A stretch of 64,000 nucleotides of DNA from Mustelus asterias. Its lineage: Eukaryota. Below, in pieces: positions 50,244 through 63,229 of this stretch (its first letter is position 1; every line of letters begins with the position of its first letter). The notes beneath the pieces were generated by a model. It did no database searches. It saw nothing but the letters and a program-made list of their open reading frames with translations, and was not told the origin of the DNA. Position numbers and translations under genes: made by a program. The stretch is from the NCBI RefSeq assembly GCF_964213995.1, contig NC_135830.1:7378001-7442000 (forward strand). Reading direction: 5' to 3'.

Positions 50244-50334
50244 GACCTCTTGCTTGGCCTGTGAACCCAGGACCTCTCGCAAGTTGGTGATGTTAACACC
50301 CTCAGCCCGAATCATACCCCTCGTCCAACGAGCC
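50244..50334 (-). pseudogene. Intron-bearing tRNA-Pro(AGG-like) pseudogene
   Basis: ..GGCTGAGGG[TGTTAACATCACCAACT]TGCGAGAGGTCC..; 17-nt insert at 37/38. Confidence 0.7.
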
Positions 50335-51130
50335 GCTGCTGGCGAAGTTGTTCAATGAAAATATTTCCATTGCCATTCAAAGCTACTCAGACTTCTGCAG
50401 TGAAAGGTGAAAATGCTGGAAAACAAATCTCATATTTTAGCTCCATAATCTTTGATTACCACGGGGAATGGTTAGAAATGTAGGAAGTTTTAAAGAAGTG
50501 TTTTGCAGCAGCATAACAAGAGGGGAGGCCTCTGGCCGGGTGTAAATCAGGAGATATTAAATGGGGGAAACAAAGAATTTTAAAGTAATGACACCACAGA
50601 ATGGGGCCATTCCTAAGTCCTTTACAGGACGCAGTTGTGTTGTGGATGAAGGGGAACCTGTGGATGTAATTGGAGCCACAGTAATGAGTTGGTGGGTTTT
50701 GAAAATTGAAAGTTACACTTAGGAAATAGAATTAGGAGCAGAAGTGGGCTAATACAGCGCTTCGAGCCTGAACCGTCATGCAATCAGTTCATGACTGATC
50801 TCTCCCTGTTCTAAAATCCACCTCCCTATCTGTTCCAATATCCCCTCATCCCTTTTATTATCAGGAATATATCTGTCTCTTTCTTGAAGCCATTTAATGA
50901 TTCAGACTCCATCGCGCTATGGGGAAATGCATTCCAAAAATTCACGACCCTCTGCGAGAAGTAGTTCCTCCTCATCTTAGTTTTAAATCTACAGCCTCTC
51001 AACCTATACATTTGAGCTGTTCTTCTCGATTGCCCCATGAGAAGAAACATTTCGTCGACGTTAAATCTATCAATTCTTTTTAGAATTTCATATACCCCGA
51101 TCACTTGTGAGGCACGACTTGCCCTTCACA

Positions 51131-52505
51131 GATTCGTGAAGGGCAAGTCGTGCCTCACAAATTTGATTGAATTCTTTGAGGAGGTAACTAAGTGTGTTGA
51201 TGAAGGTAGGGCAGTTGATGTCATATACATGGATTTTAGTAAGGCGTTTGATAAGGTCCCCCATGGTCTGCTTATGATGAAAGTGAGGAGGTGTGGGATA
51301 GAGGGAAAGTTGGCCGATTGGATAGGTAACTGGCTGTCTGATCGAAGGCAGAGGGTGGTGGTGGATGGAAATGTTTCGGATTGGAGGCAGGTTGCCAGCG
51401 GAGTGCCACAGGGATCAGTGCTTGGTCCTCTACTCTTTGTGATTTTTATTAATGACTTAGAGGAGGGGGCTGAAGGGTGGATCAGTAAATTTGCTGATAA
51501 CACCAAGAATGGTGGAGTAGTGGATGAAATCATAGAAATCGTAGAAACCCTACAGTGCAGAAAGAGGCCATTCGGCACATCGAGTCTGCACCGACCACAA
51601 TCCCACCCAGGCCCCACTCCTATATCCCTACACGTTTACCCGCTAAGGTGTTGTAGGCTGCAAAGAGACATAGATAGGATGTAAAGTGGGCTGAAAAATG
51701 GCAAATGGAGTTTAACCCTGATAAATGTGAGGTGATTCATTTTGGTAGGACAAATTTAAATGTGGATTACAGGTTCAAAGGTAGGGTTCTGAAGACTGTG
51801 GAGGAACAGAGAGATCTTGGGGTCCATATCCACAGATCTCTAAAGGTTGCCACTCAAGTGGATAGAACTGTGAAGAAGGCCTATAGTGTGTTAGCTTTTA
51901 TGAACAGGAGGTTGGAGTTTAAGAGCCGTGGGGTCATGCTGCAACTGTACAGGACCTTGGTGAGACCACACTTGGAATATTGTGTGCAGTTCTGGTCACC
52001 TCACTATAAGAAGGATGTGGAAGCGCTGGAAAGAGTGCAGAGGAGATTTACCAGGATGCTGCCTGGTTTGGAGGGTAGGTCTTATGAGGAAAGGTTGAGG
52101 GAGCTAGGGCTGTTCTCTCTGGAGCAGAGGAGGCTGAGGGGTGACTTAATAGAGGTTTATATAATGATGAAGGGGATAGATAGAGTGAACGTTCAAAGAC
52201 TATTTCCTCGGGTGGATGGAGCTATTACAAGGGGGCATAACTATAGGGTTCGTGGTGGGAGATATAGAAAGGATATCAGAGGTAGGTTCTTTACGCAGAG
52301 AGTGTTTGGGGTGTGGAATGGACTGCCTGCAGTGATAGTGGAGTCAGACACTTTAGGAACATTTAAGCGGTTATTGGATAGGCACAATGAGCACACCAGG
52401 ATGATAGGGAATGGGATAGCTTGATCTTGGTTTCAGATAAAGCTCGGCACAACGTCGTGGACCGAAGGACCTGTTCTGTGCTGTACTGTTCTAATTTCTA
52501 GTTCT
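51131..52505 (+). mobile_element. 5'-truncated CR1 of the same young subfamily as 37095, with an antisense SINE tail inserted at ~51528-51646
   Basis: Near-identical to 38771-40028 apart from the insert. Confidence 0.95.
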
Positions 52506-54324
52506 AAAAACTCCAGCATGTTGTGGGACTATTTTACCTCAGTGTCGATTTCATGTCCTAGCGAACTCAATCGGTGTTGTCATTAGCTGAAGCAGTCCAT
52601 GTTCCATCCAAACTGGACATATTAAGTGATGTACGGTCAGTCAATTTGAAAAACACATTTCACCCGTGACCCTGGTTGTCCAGGGAGTTGTGTTCAGTCC
52701 CACCCCAGTGTTGTTTGGTTTCAATTCCCGCTCAGGAAACAATTATTTATTGCTCTCGGCAAACTATTAAAAATAACCTGATTTGCTATCTGATCAAAAG
52801 CAGATCTACTAAAATCAGCCGAGTGAGGTTTGCAAGTCTCCATCACAGCTGGAAATGTCACATGTGCAACAGGTCAAGAACAAATATAGGAGCAGAAAGA
52901 CAATGATAGGCTGCAAAGCGCTGACGATAGAGATGGTGATGTAAGGTAACATCTGGAAGGTAAATCGGTCAGATTTTAGCGTTCACACTGAATTATTAAA
53001 CCTTTCCCTCACTCTGCAACGACAATGTTTGAAAACGTTTCTGCCCAGTTTTGAACCGTCGGAAGCGAAAGTAATAACTGTGCGTGGAATGTCTGTTGTC
53101 TGTTATAATGGACTGAATATATCACTGTGGTGGAAACAGAAGGTGCCATTTTGCGATAGAGACTTACTTGTGGTGAATCATCCAAACCATAAAAACAAAT
53201 GTCAGGTATTGCCTGGTGGAACATATAAAACACAATCTTTCCTCGTGTCCTGGGGTGAAGACTGAGCAAATCCAACAGGAGGTTTTCATGTCATATCTGG
53301 CAGTATATTGGGAACCAGACAAGGTTAAGGACAGTTTAAATGGTGCTGGTCCTTCACTGCAGCTGATTCTGTTTCTGACTGGATGTGATTTCTGTTTGTT
53401 CGACAGTTCAGGATGAATTGATTCAGTGAAGGAGCAGGCTCAAACCGACTGATGGCCTTTCTTAGCTCCTTTGCTGCTACTAAATTTCATTAACGTTTTC
53501 AGTAAAGAGCAGGATGGTTATGGGGTAGCGTGACGGGGCAATTTAAACCAGTAGTTAGGTCCCATCTCTGTATAAGCTGTGGGTTCAAATCCCGCCATTG
53601 CTCGAGTGGGTTTAACTTTTGGTCTGTGCAGCTGAAATCCAGCAGTTCAGATTGAATGCAGGAGTTTCTGCCGTGTTGTTTTTGGCCGGAAGAAAGCGGA
53701 GACACTGACCAATGTAAACAGTTGTTGAGGTAAAGAAGCGCATGTGGAAGGAGTGGAGCAAATTATTGTAGATGCTGGAATCGAAAACAAAAAGGGAAAA
53801 TGCTGGAAAATCTCATCAAGTCTGGCAGCATCAGTTATGAGAGAAGAGAGCTGATGTTTCGAGTCCAGATCACCCTTTGTCAAAACTGGAAGGAATTGAG
53901 TTGCTCCGACAGAGAATACAAACGGGAACACAGGCTGAATGGCTATCTGCCGATATAACCACAGGATTGCAAACATTGAGACTGCAGTCCCGGCCCAGGG
54001 GTAGATTGGGATTTTTTAACTGAGGCTCAAATCCTGTCATGTCCGCTTCCCGTCGTTCCTTATTTTTATTGAAAGTTATTGGAAATGAAGCAATGGGTAC
54101 AGAGATGATCAACTCACTGAAAATCTCTCACATCAGCGTCTCTGAGGGTCTCGTGACCAGAATCGGCGCCGAGACGTCGTTTCAATCCCCAGTCACGGAG
54201 TGAATAACTTTTTGTTCAATTCTTCATTTAATGAAAACACGCCTCAGAGCGTCTGTGAAGGGAGCAATGTCTAAATCTTCCAGCTGAATGAACTTGCATC
54301 GGAGTTGGAAAAGTCAGAGATGCA

Positions 54325-54815
54325 AGTCTAGGATGCCACCGGGACTTGATGGATTGAGTTATAAGGAGAGGCTGGATAGACTGGGACATTTTTCCTCTGG
54401 AGCGTCGGAGGCCGAGGGGTGATCTTATAGAGGTCTATAAAATAATGAGGGACACAGATCAACTAGATAGTCAATATATTTTCCCAAAGGTAGGGGAGTC
54501 TAAAACTAGAGGGCATAGGTTTAAGGTGAAAGGGGAGAGATACAATAGCGTCCAGAGGGGCAATTCTTCACACAGAGGGTGGTGAGTGTCTGGAACAAGC
54601 TGCCAGAGGTAGTAGGAGAGGCGGATACAATTTTGTCTTTTAAGAGGCATTTAGATAGTCACATGGGTACGATGGGTATAGAGGGATATGGGCCAAATGC
54701 GAGCAATTGGGATTAGGTTAGGGGTTTTGAATAAAAAGGCGGCATGGACAAGTTGTGCCGAAGGGCCTGTTTCCATGTTGTTCACCTCTATGACTCTATG
54801 ACTCTATGACTCCAT
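54325..54815 (+). mobile_element. CR1 3' end with (CTATGACT)n tail
   Basis: RMPPGLDGLSYKERLDRLG..TRGHRFKV; octamer-repeat tail; absent at the paralogous site near 44060. Confidence 0.9.
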
Positions 54816-55047
54816 GTAACAACAACGAACAACTCTGAAGAAGAATCACATAACAAGCACAACATACATGTCAGATACACACACAGCACACATGTCAAAT
54901 CATGTCATTTTCAAGTTGCGTCTTTTAATTTCCTGCTCTCCAGCAAATCAAACTCTCCACCAGATCAAAAATCTCCGACCTCAAACACTATGCTGTTCCT
55001 CAATCCACTGATAATGCTGCACGTAATGTGAGCGACTTGCAGCGCTT

Positions 55048-55120
55048 GGCTCCGTAGCTCAGTGGTTAGAGTACTGGCTTTGTAAACCAGGGATCGTGTG
55101 TTCAGTTCTCAAGTAGACCA
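55048..55120 (+). pseudogene. tRNA-Thr(TGT) pseudogene
   Basis: GGCTCCGTAGCTCAGTGGTTAGAGTACTGGCTTTGTAAACCAG; 3' stems mismatched. Confidence 0.75.
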
Positions 55121-57042
55121 AGCTTAGTTGAAAGAAACTGTCGGGTCGAGTCCAACAGACTGCGCGACAAAACAGGAAGCTTTTATGAGTGAAGGGGCAG
55201 ATCAGGTGCCAACTTGAAAAGCGAAAAAATTTTCTTCGTAAAAAAAACAGAAAGAGTAGAATATATTTGACGAGCTGAAAAATATTAATGTTGATATTAA
55301 GAATGGAATAGATTCGTTTGTCCAAGGAATGCGTGACGTTAGCATGTAGGTGCAGCAGATAATTGGAACGGACATTACATTTTGGTCTTTATTGCCGGCA
55401 GACTGGAGTCCAAGAATAACGAGGTGTTTCTGCTGTTGCACAGGGTTAGTTGAGACGACATGTTGAATATTCTGTGCAGATGTGATAGTCAAATTTAAAA
55501 AGGGATGTGCTTGCATTGGAAACGGTAAAGAGAAGATTCACCAGATTGCTTCCTGGGGTGAGGGAGTTGTCCTGTGATGAAATTCTCTGGAGTTTAGAAG
55601 AATGAGAGGCGATCTCATTACACCGACACAGCTCTGAATAGGTTTGATAGGATAGAGGCTGAGAGATTGTTTTTTTTTCTGCTGGTCGGGGAATCTTACC
55701 CACTGTGGCACAGATAAGGCGCTGATCATTTTGGGCTAAGATAAGGAGAAATGACTTTCCTCAAAGGGCTGAGAATCTTTGGCATTCTCTGTACCTGACA
55801 GTTATGTATGCCCCATCATCGAGCACATTTAAGGTTGGGATGAACAGGTTTCTGGTCTCTTGGGGAATTCAGCGATAAGGGGAGATGGTGGAAAAACTGA
55901 GTTGTAGCCCAAGATCAATCAAGATGGTATTGAATAGCGGAACAGTCCCGATGGACTGAGTGGTCTGCTTCTTCTCCTGTTATTCATGTTATAATAAAAG
56001 CAGAAAGTGCTGAAAGATCTCAACAGGGCTTGCAACAAATGTGGAGCAAGATATAGAATTAAGTTTCCGAGTCCAATATGACTCTTTGCAAACCAGTAAC
56101 TGATTGCGAGTTACAGCAATTAGCACAGCATCGAGAATGGGAATTGAATTGGATCCAGGCAGTGAAACGCTGAATTTAAACTGCCGCAGGATTTCTGTTG
56201 GAAAATTGTTCAGGAAAGTTGCTGCCAACTGAAAGGGAGGAGGTTTGAGAGCATCCTGCGCCAAATAGACTCCCTCTATTACTGGTTCTACTTATGTTCC
56301 CAATATTGATATACTTTGTGTCCTTCTGCATCAGGGAAATACTGTCCAAACTTTGCCAGTCTTGCTGATATTCACTGAGTTGTCATACAAATCGATCGAT
56401 GAATATTCATTTCAAATAAAACGAGATACATTGGATCATGCTGCTGTATATTTCCAACCTATTAGAAATATGGGATTCACAGTAACTGATAGAAATTGAT
56501 GCTATAGTTGAAGATATATAACTGGAACGCAACATCACACCGAGTGAATCCACTGTCTGTTTAAATGTTGATCAGTGAAAATTTCAACCATCCACTGCTG
56601 TGTAACACACGGCCACTGAGTCAAATAGCAATAGCCAGTCAAAAAAAGCCTGCATCAGTCAATCTTTCTCGCAACTTTCAAACTTGTTGTTATTCTCTGT
56701 ACCATTTGCCTTGAAGTATATGAATAAGTGAACGCAGTTTGTGATGGTAAAAAATGTGTTCACCCCCTCTGGGAACTGAATCACATTGATGCACAGAGGA
56801 ACACACACAGACACCGAGAGTCACAGAGGGCTGACAAGACACAAACACCCATAGATCAATGATGTCACTAACTGGGTTCAGTTTTGTTCCATTTCTGGCT
56901 GGGGTTTTGGTGATTTCTAGCTGATGAACAGAAATGAAGGAATGCGAAGTGAAGCAGGAAAAACAGATGGGAATATTTGAAAGATTTTGATTCCATTGAA
57001 AGAATAATAATTCTGCAGTCATCGAAAGGAATGAATGCTGAG

Positions 57043-57123
57043 CAGCGCATTGGGTGAGGTTCAAATCTCCGTGAGAAAACAATAATTTCAAATCCACCGC
57101 CTGAGCCGCTTGGCCACCACTGC
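57043..57123 (-). pseudogene. tRNA-Ser(TGA)-like pseudogene
   Basis: Reverse complement GCAGTGGTGGCCAAGCGGCTCAGGCGGTGGATTTGAAAT.. Confidence 0.55.
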
Positions 57124-57293
57124 AACCGGTGTCAATGTGTTCGTGTTACTCATATTAAATCATTGAATAGTGACAGCAACAAAAGTTGCTGTCGAGAACC
57201 TTCTGTTCTAGAAGGTCACGCTGCACCTTTCATCCCTCCTTTTTCGTTCTTACAGAATGCCATTCGCTGAAAAGACAAACGAGCTGCACTTTT

Positions 57294-57375
57294 TGGCAGT
57301 GGTGGGATTTGAATCCACAGCAATTCAGATATTGAAACTTAAATTTAGTAATTAAGACCATGCGGCTCCGCTAAC
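57294..57375 (-). pseudogene. tRNA-Leu pseudogene
   Basis: TGGCAGTGGTGGGATTTGAATCCAC is the reverse complement of the Leu 3' end. Confidence 0.6.
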
Positions 57376-57655
57376 AGTCGAAGGTAACTATTGCTCAGAA
57401 TAATACCGGCAATGGGTTAGAATATGATTGAGATTTTGGATAGAACATTTAGCCCCTCAAGCCCCTCACAATATTTTGGAAACACAGCCAAGCAGTTGTT
57501 TTCCATCTGTTACATTTCCGACTTTTCCAGCTTTGATGAAAGATCCAGCTGGAAGATTAACTTTGTTTCTCTCTCCACAGACGCTGCCAGATCTGGTTTC
57601 ATTCAATGCGGAATTCCTTTTCATGGTGTCAGTTCACACAGCAATACAAACGAGT

Positions 57656-57730
57656 TACCCTCTGGCTGGGGATTGAATCCAGTCCACAGTGATGAACGTG
57701 CCGAATCCAAACCACTCGACCAGCAGGGAA
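57656..57730 (-). pseudogene. tRNA-Glu pseudogene
   Basis: GCCGAATCCAAACCACTCGACCAGCAGGGA is the reverse complement of the Glu 5' half. Confidence 0.6.
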
Positions 57731-58758
57731 GCTGACAGTGACTTCCCCAATCAGCGGATCATCGTCATTTTAGCCATTCTCTTCCTCCTCTTCCGTCACA
57801 CAATCGACGGGTTTCTCATTTAAAAAAATACTCAACTTATTTCCACATTTGTCACCTGCCATCGAGACCATGGCCGTGAAGACGTTGACTTTGCACCATT
57901 GGAACACCCGAGTTCCGCCATCACCAGCTCAATGTTGCCTTGTCTATCATTCCTTGTGTCAAATAATACATCCTCCCTCGTTTTCTGTGCCGAACCTTAC
58001 CTTCTGCCCTTTTCAAGGAGTGACCCGTGACTTCACAACTAGAAAATGCAGGGGAAACCCATCAGACTCGTTAAAATTTGCAAATATATGAATAATATAA
58101 CTTTTCCCTCAGTCTGCAGTGAAAATGATTTGGAAAACAAATTCTACCAGTTTCACGCCGTGGGAGGCGGACGCGATAACTGTCGTGGAATTATTCCTGT
58201 AATTGGCTGAACACTTCTCTGGTGTTGAAACGGAAGGTGCCATTTTGCAGGAGAAGTTTCTGGTGCAAGTGGTCTGGCGTGGAAACTAAAATAACAAAAG
58301 GATCGTGGGCAAAGCAAATTGTAAAACGCGCTGTAATCTGTTGGTCTGCTGGTTAGAGTTTGAAACTTTCACTGCTGTTTTGATTGCAGGTCAGGAAATG
58401 AAGATTTATTGCTCTCCTCCAATGCGTGAGAACAAATATCAGTTATTTCCAGGCAGAACGCACAAATCCCAGTCTCGCCTTGTGTCCTGTCCTTTCTCAA
58501 GTGAAGACCCTGAGCAAATTCAACAGGAAGCCATATTGTCCTTTCTGGGAGCTAAACGAGGTTAAGGACAGTTTAAATGGAGCCGGCCCTTCACTGCAGC
58601 TCATTGTGTTTCTGACTGGAGATGATTTTTGTTTGCTGCGCATTTCAGGATCATCTGATTCGGCTACGATTTCGTCAGGGCCCATCCCAACTCCACAGAT
58701 TTTGATATATTTCAGTATTAATGCAATGAAACGACATGATTATCAAGACTGCCCGTGT

Positions 58759-58840
58759 GGTAGCGTGGCCGAGCGGTCTAAGGCGCTGGATTTAGGCTCC
58801 AGTCTCTCTCGAGGCGTGGGTTCGAATCCCACCGCTGCCA
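58759..58840 (+). tRNA. tRNA-Leu(TAG)
   Basis: 82 nt; matches vertebrate Leu-TAG except in the variable-arm loop; all stems pair. Confidence 0.95.
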
Positions 58841-58894
58841 GAGTCCAACAGCTCGGGTTGAACGGAGGAGTCTGAGCGGTGTCGTTTTTGACAG

Positions 58895-59970
58895 ACGCCC
58901 TTGTGAGAACAGGATATTGCGCTTGACTCATCGATCGACAGTTCCGACACGCCACAGCAAAAAAGCGCACCGAACTCCTCAGAAGACAAGTCCGGGACAC
59001 AGCCCTCAGAGTGCCCTTCCTCCTCCAGTCCGTCCCCAGAGTGCAGAAGCCAAGACATCTTCGGAGTGGAGAAGCTATGACATCTTCTTCGGAGCCTTCA
59101 GCGTACAATCGATGAAGACGAATATCACGCAAAGGCCATCTCCACGCCCCCACGACTTGCCTTCAAAAAACAGCGCAACCTCAAACAGACCATTGTTCGC
59201 AGAAAACTCCCCGGCCTTCAAGAGAACAGCGACCACGACACCACACAACCCTGCCAGGGCAACCTCTGTAAGATGTGTTGGATCATCGACACGGATGCCA
59301 TCATCACACGTGAGATCAGAATCCACCAGGTAGACGATACATACACATGCAACTCGGCCAACGTTGTCTCCCTCATACGCTGCAGGAAAGGATGTCCCGA
59401 AGCATGGTACATCGCCGAGACTATGCAGACGCTACGACAACAGAAGAATGGCAACCGCTCGACAATCACCCGGCAAGAGTATTCCCTTCCTGTCGGGGCA
59501 CGCTTAAGCAGTCAAGTGCATTCAACCACCGATCTTCGGGTAAGCGTTCTTCAAGGCGGCCTTCAAGACGCACGACAACGCAGAATCGCTGAGCAGAAAC
59601 TGATAACCAATTTCCATACACGAGAACGGCCTCAACCGGGACCTTGGGTTCATGTCACACGACTTGTCACCCTCACCATTTGGCCTGGGCTTGCAAAATC
59701 CTACTAACTGGCTTGGCTTGAGACAATTCACACTGCTTTAACCTGTCATTGTCCCCGCTCTCCACTCGCATTGTCTGTACCTGTAAAGACTTGATTCGCT
59801 GTTAAGACACGCATTCCAACCATTATCTTGCAATTGAGTCTGTGTCTTTCTATGCCCTGTTTCTAAACCCAACTCTCCACTCACCTGATGAAGGAGCAGT
59901 CTCTCGGAAGCTCGTGCGACCAAGTAAACTGATTGGACTTTAACCTAGTGTTGCGAGACTTCTTACTGTG
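58895..59970 (+). mobile_element. Penelope-like retroelement 3' part (GIY-YIG endonuclease region and terminal repeat), decayed
   Basis: TCNSANVVSLIRCRKGCPEAWYIAET..EQKLI matches the PLE GIY-YIG pattern (NVVYxIxC..YIGET); terminus CACCTGATGAAGGAGC..GCTCGTG..TTGGACTTTAACC. Confidence 0.85.
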
Positions 59971-60885
59971 AGGGCGATCAACAATGATTTTACTGAATGG
60001 CGGAACAGGCCCTAATGAAGGAGCAAATGGTCCATTGCAACACCTCTTCCCTATTCTCTTATGTTGTTCTGTTCAGCTCATTGTTCTGAGAACAGATTCA
60101 AATGGTTCCTGCTCCTCCCTCTGACGTCATGAATTGGAGACTGAAGACACTCGGAGCTGATTGGGTGAAATGTCGGATAAAGGAGATGTGAGCTGATTGG
60201 GTGTCTCCTGCTGGAAAGGAATGAACCAATCACCACTGGGGCCGGATATTACTCAACATCTTCTGAACTCTGAACTGAAACAATTGAGCTTTAACTCATT
60301 GAGTTCCCTTAGGCATTTGCTGGAGGAACGCTTTTTTAATTTGGAATTACAAGATAAGTTGATACATCAGGTTGAAAGTAACGAGTGTGTTCTTGTATGA
60401 AGTGGCATGGGTTCTCAATCTAACCATGCGAACCTGCAGCAACACAGTGGAGTTGAGCATTGTAGTCAGGTCGATTGAGTGCGATATGCTATCATTTGTT
60501 TCTGTACTGTAGTGCTTGTAAAGGACCCGGGTCCGAAACCGGGCAGAAGAATACATTAAGATTTTTCATGTCGGGTGAGAGAAATCTGAATGATTTCAGT
60601 TTGTTGCTGAATATTATCCGAATCTCGATTCATATTATCTTTGCTTGACGTCGGCCTCAAATGCTTCCTGTAAACTAAATGCTGAATATTTTGGCGCACT
60701 GACAGGAAATAAATGTTTCTATTTTGACAGCATGCGCACATTAGCTTTTCGTTCAGTCTACAACAGAATGTAACGGGTTAATAGGTGCAGACTAACAGAG
60801 TTAATCACCATCTGAAACATGTCTAATGGTAGTCTGTGCTCTAAAAGACAGGTACAAGTGAAACTGCACGTGGGCATTGTCAGCT

Positions 60886-60958
60886 GTTCCTGAAGTGTAG
60901 TTGTTCTCACATTCGCCTCACAGGCGAAAAGTCCCCGGTTCGAAACCAGGCAGAAACA
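60886..60958 (+). pseudogene. tRNA-Val(CAC) probable pseudogene
   Basis: TTCGC-CTCACAG-GCGAA arm and B box GGTTCGAAACC intact; A box mutated. Confidence 0.7.
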
Positions 60959-61931
60959 CTGTTGGATCGTTGTCATTAAGTAAGAGCGAAGTCTGCATGA
61001 TGTAAGTTCATAGCTCAACCTCATGCGAATCCGATGTCACGGTCATGTTATATTGGCTTTGATCTCGGCCTCAAAAGCATTTCGGAAAGTCAGAAATGCT
61101 CTCTTTGAGGAAGCAGGGAATAAAGAACTCCATTGTGTATACACATATTCGCAACTCGTGCAGTCCACAAATTAATTTAATGGGATTAGAGGTGCAGACT
61201 GACCTAGTTAATCACCATCTGAAATATATCGAATTGTATTGTGTGCTCATAAAGACAGACACAATTGAAATTGTAACTGAACTGGAGGAAATGGGCACAT
61301 TTCACAGAAGCACCTTTGTAAAATTGCTCTTCACAGTAAAGAAATAATTAAAGCCACTCAGACAAATGTGGAAATCGAGATTCAGTGCGGACCTCCTGGA
61401 CTTCCGATAGATGGACGAGATTTAGGCGCCAGAATACTTCACACACAGAATAAAGAGGATTCAAGTACATTTTATTTTCTTTAAAGAATGAATGTGGTCA
61501 ATCTCAAATAAACATCATGGCATGGGTATTACCCAGTGACTCTATTTCTTTTGTTGGTCAGACATGTTTCCAAGAAAATGTTGTATATTTCAGAGATATT
61601 CAATTCAGAATGAGGCCATCTGTGTTAAATAAACGTATTGAAATTAAATGTTGAATAACTACAAATATTTCATATAACTGTTTGAAATTATTTGACGGAA
61701 GATGAGAATGATGTATTAATGAATGAACCGAAACCATTGCTGCCTGAGCCATTTGCCAGACGAACGCTTTTTAATTTTGAAGTTTAAGATAAGTTGAGAT
61801 ATCAGGTTGAAAGTAACGGATTTGTTCTTCTATTAAGTGACATGGACCCTCAATGTGACCATGACAACCTGCAGCAACACAATGTAGTTCAACATTGCAG
61901 TCAGGCCAATTGGCGGCGTGGCGCATTCTCT

Positions 61932-62004
61932 TGTTTCTGTAGTGTAGTGGTTATCACATTGGCCCAACACGTGAAAGATCACCGCTTCAGAACCGGGCAG
62001 AACA
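61932..62004 (+). pseudogene. tRNA-Val(AAC) pseudogene
   Basis: GTTTCTGTAGTGTAGTGGTTATCAC..CCAACAC; anticodon and T stems broken. Confidence 0.7.
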
Positions 62005-63156
62005 TTCATCAGTTTTCCCATGCAGGGTGAGGGAAATCTGTGTGATTTCAGATCGTTGCTGAACACCATCCAAATCTGGATGTTACAGCCATCTTATCTT
62101 TGCTCTGAGCTCGGCCTCAAATATTTTCTGTAAAATAAGAAATGCTGATTGTTTTGACGCACTGACAGGAAATTTTCGATTTAGACAGCGTGCACATATT
62201 AGCATCTCTTTCAGCCCACAAATGACTTTCATGGGTTTATATGTGCAGACTAATATAGTTAATCACCATCTGAATCATGTCTAATTGCAGTGTGTGCTCA
62301 AAAAGAGAGACACAAGTGATTGTGTCAGCGAATGAGAGGAAATGGCGCACATTTCCGACAACATTTTTTTTGAAATCGTTCTTCATAAGAAAGAAATAGG
62401 AAACAGCACTCAGTCAGATGAGGAAATCGAGACTCAGTGCGGATCTATTGGACTTTCCTAAAGATGGCCAAAATTTATGTGCCTGAATGTTTCACGCCCA
62501 TTTTAAACAGGCTCAAATGCAACTAACAGATGCCTTTTCAATCTCTACCATTGAAATGGAGTTGATTTTGTTTAACAGCAGACGATGATCAATGTCAAAA
62601 TTGCGATCTGCCTTACCCAGTTAGTCGCTTCCTTCTGTTGCTCAGTTATGTTTGCAATTCAGTGATGTTCAATTTCAGAGATATTCAATTCAGAATGAAG
62701 ACATATATGTTAAATAACGCATTGATACTAAATATTGAAACAAATACTGAGTACAACTGTACAATGAGCTTTGCTAAAGTGTCATCTGGACTCGAAACGT
62801 CCGCCCTTTTCACTCCTTACAGGTGCTGTCAGACATTGTGAGATTTTGCAGCATTTTCTCTTTTCTCATCCGCAGTAATTTGCTTTTATTACTGAGTACA
62901 ATTGATTGAGATTATTCGAAGAAAGATGAAAATAATGCATTAATGAATGGGCAGAAATCATTGCACCGTTAGATATTTGCGCGACGAACGATTTTGAATT
63001 TTGATGTTCGGGATCAGTCGTACAATCAGATTGAAAGCAACGATGATCTTCCTGAATTCAGTGACATGGGCTCTCAGTCGCACCATCGGAACCTGCAGCA
63101 ACACAGCGTAGTTGAACATTGCAGATTGGCCGATTTGCTCTAGCATACTTCGAGCT

Positions 63157-63229
63157 GTTTCTGTAGTGTAGTGGTTATCACGTTCGCCGAACACGCGAAA
63201 TGTCCCCGGCTCGAATCGAGACAGAATCA
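63157..63229 (+). pseudogene. tRNA-Val(AAC) probable pseudogene
   Basis: 5' half nearly perfect but U33>G, GCTCGAAT T loop and T-stem mismatches. Confidence 0.7.

Larger units (their letters stand above)
34420..55990 (+). repeat. Tandem segmental duplication of a tRNA module (copy 1 ~34420-45190, copy 2 ~46115-55990)
   Basis: Same order Cys-Glu-Glu-Lys-Pro-Leu-Glu-Thr-CR1 with long, closely similar spacers (e.g. 34780-35150 vs 46480-46850). Confidence 0.9.

Noticed and set aside
58743-59153. 136-aa minus-strand ORF and similar ORFs overlapping tRNA genes
   Set aside because: Antisense of tRNA-Leu and Penelope sequence with no protein signature
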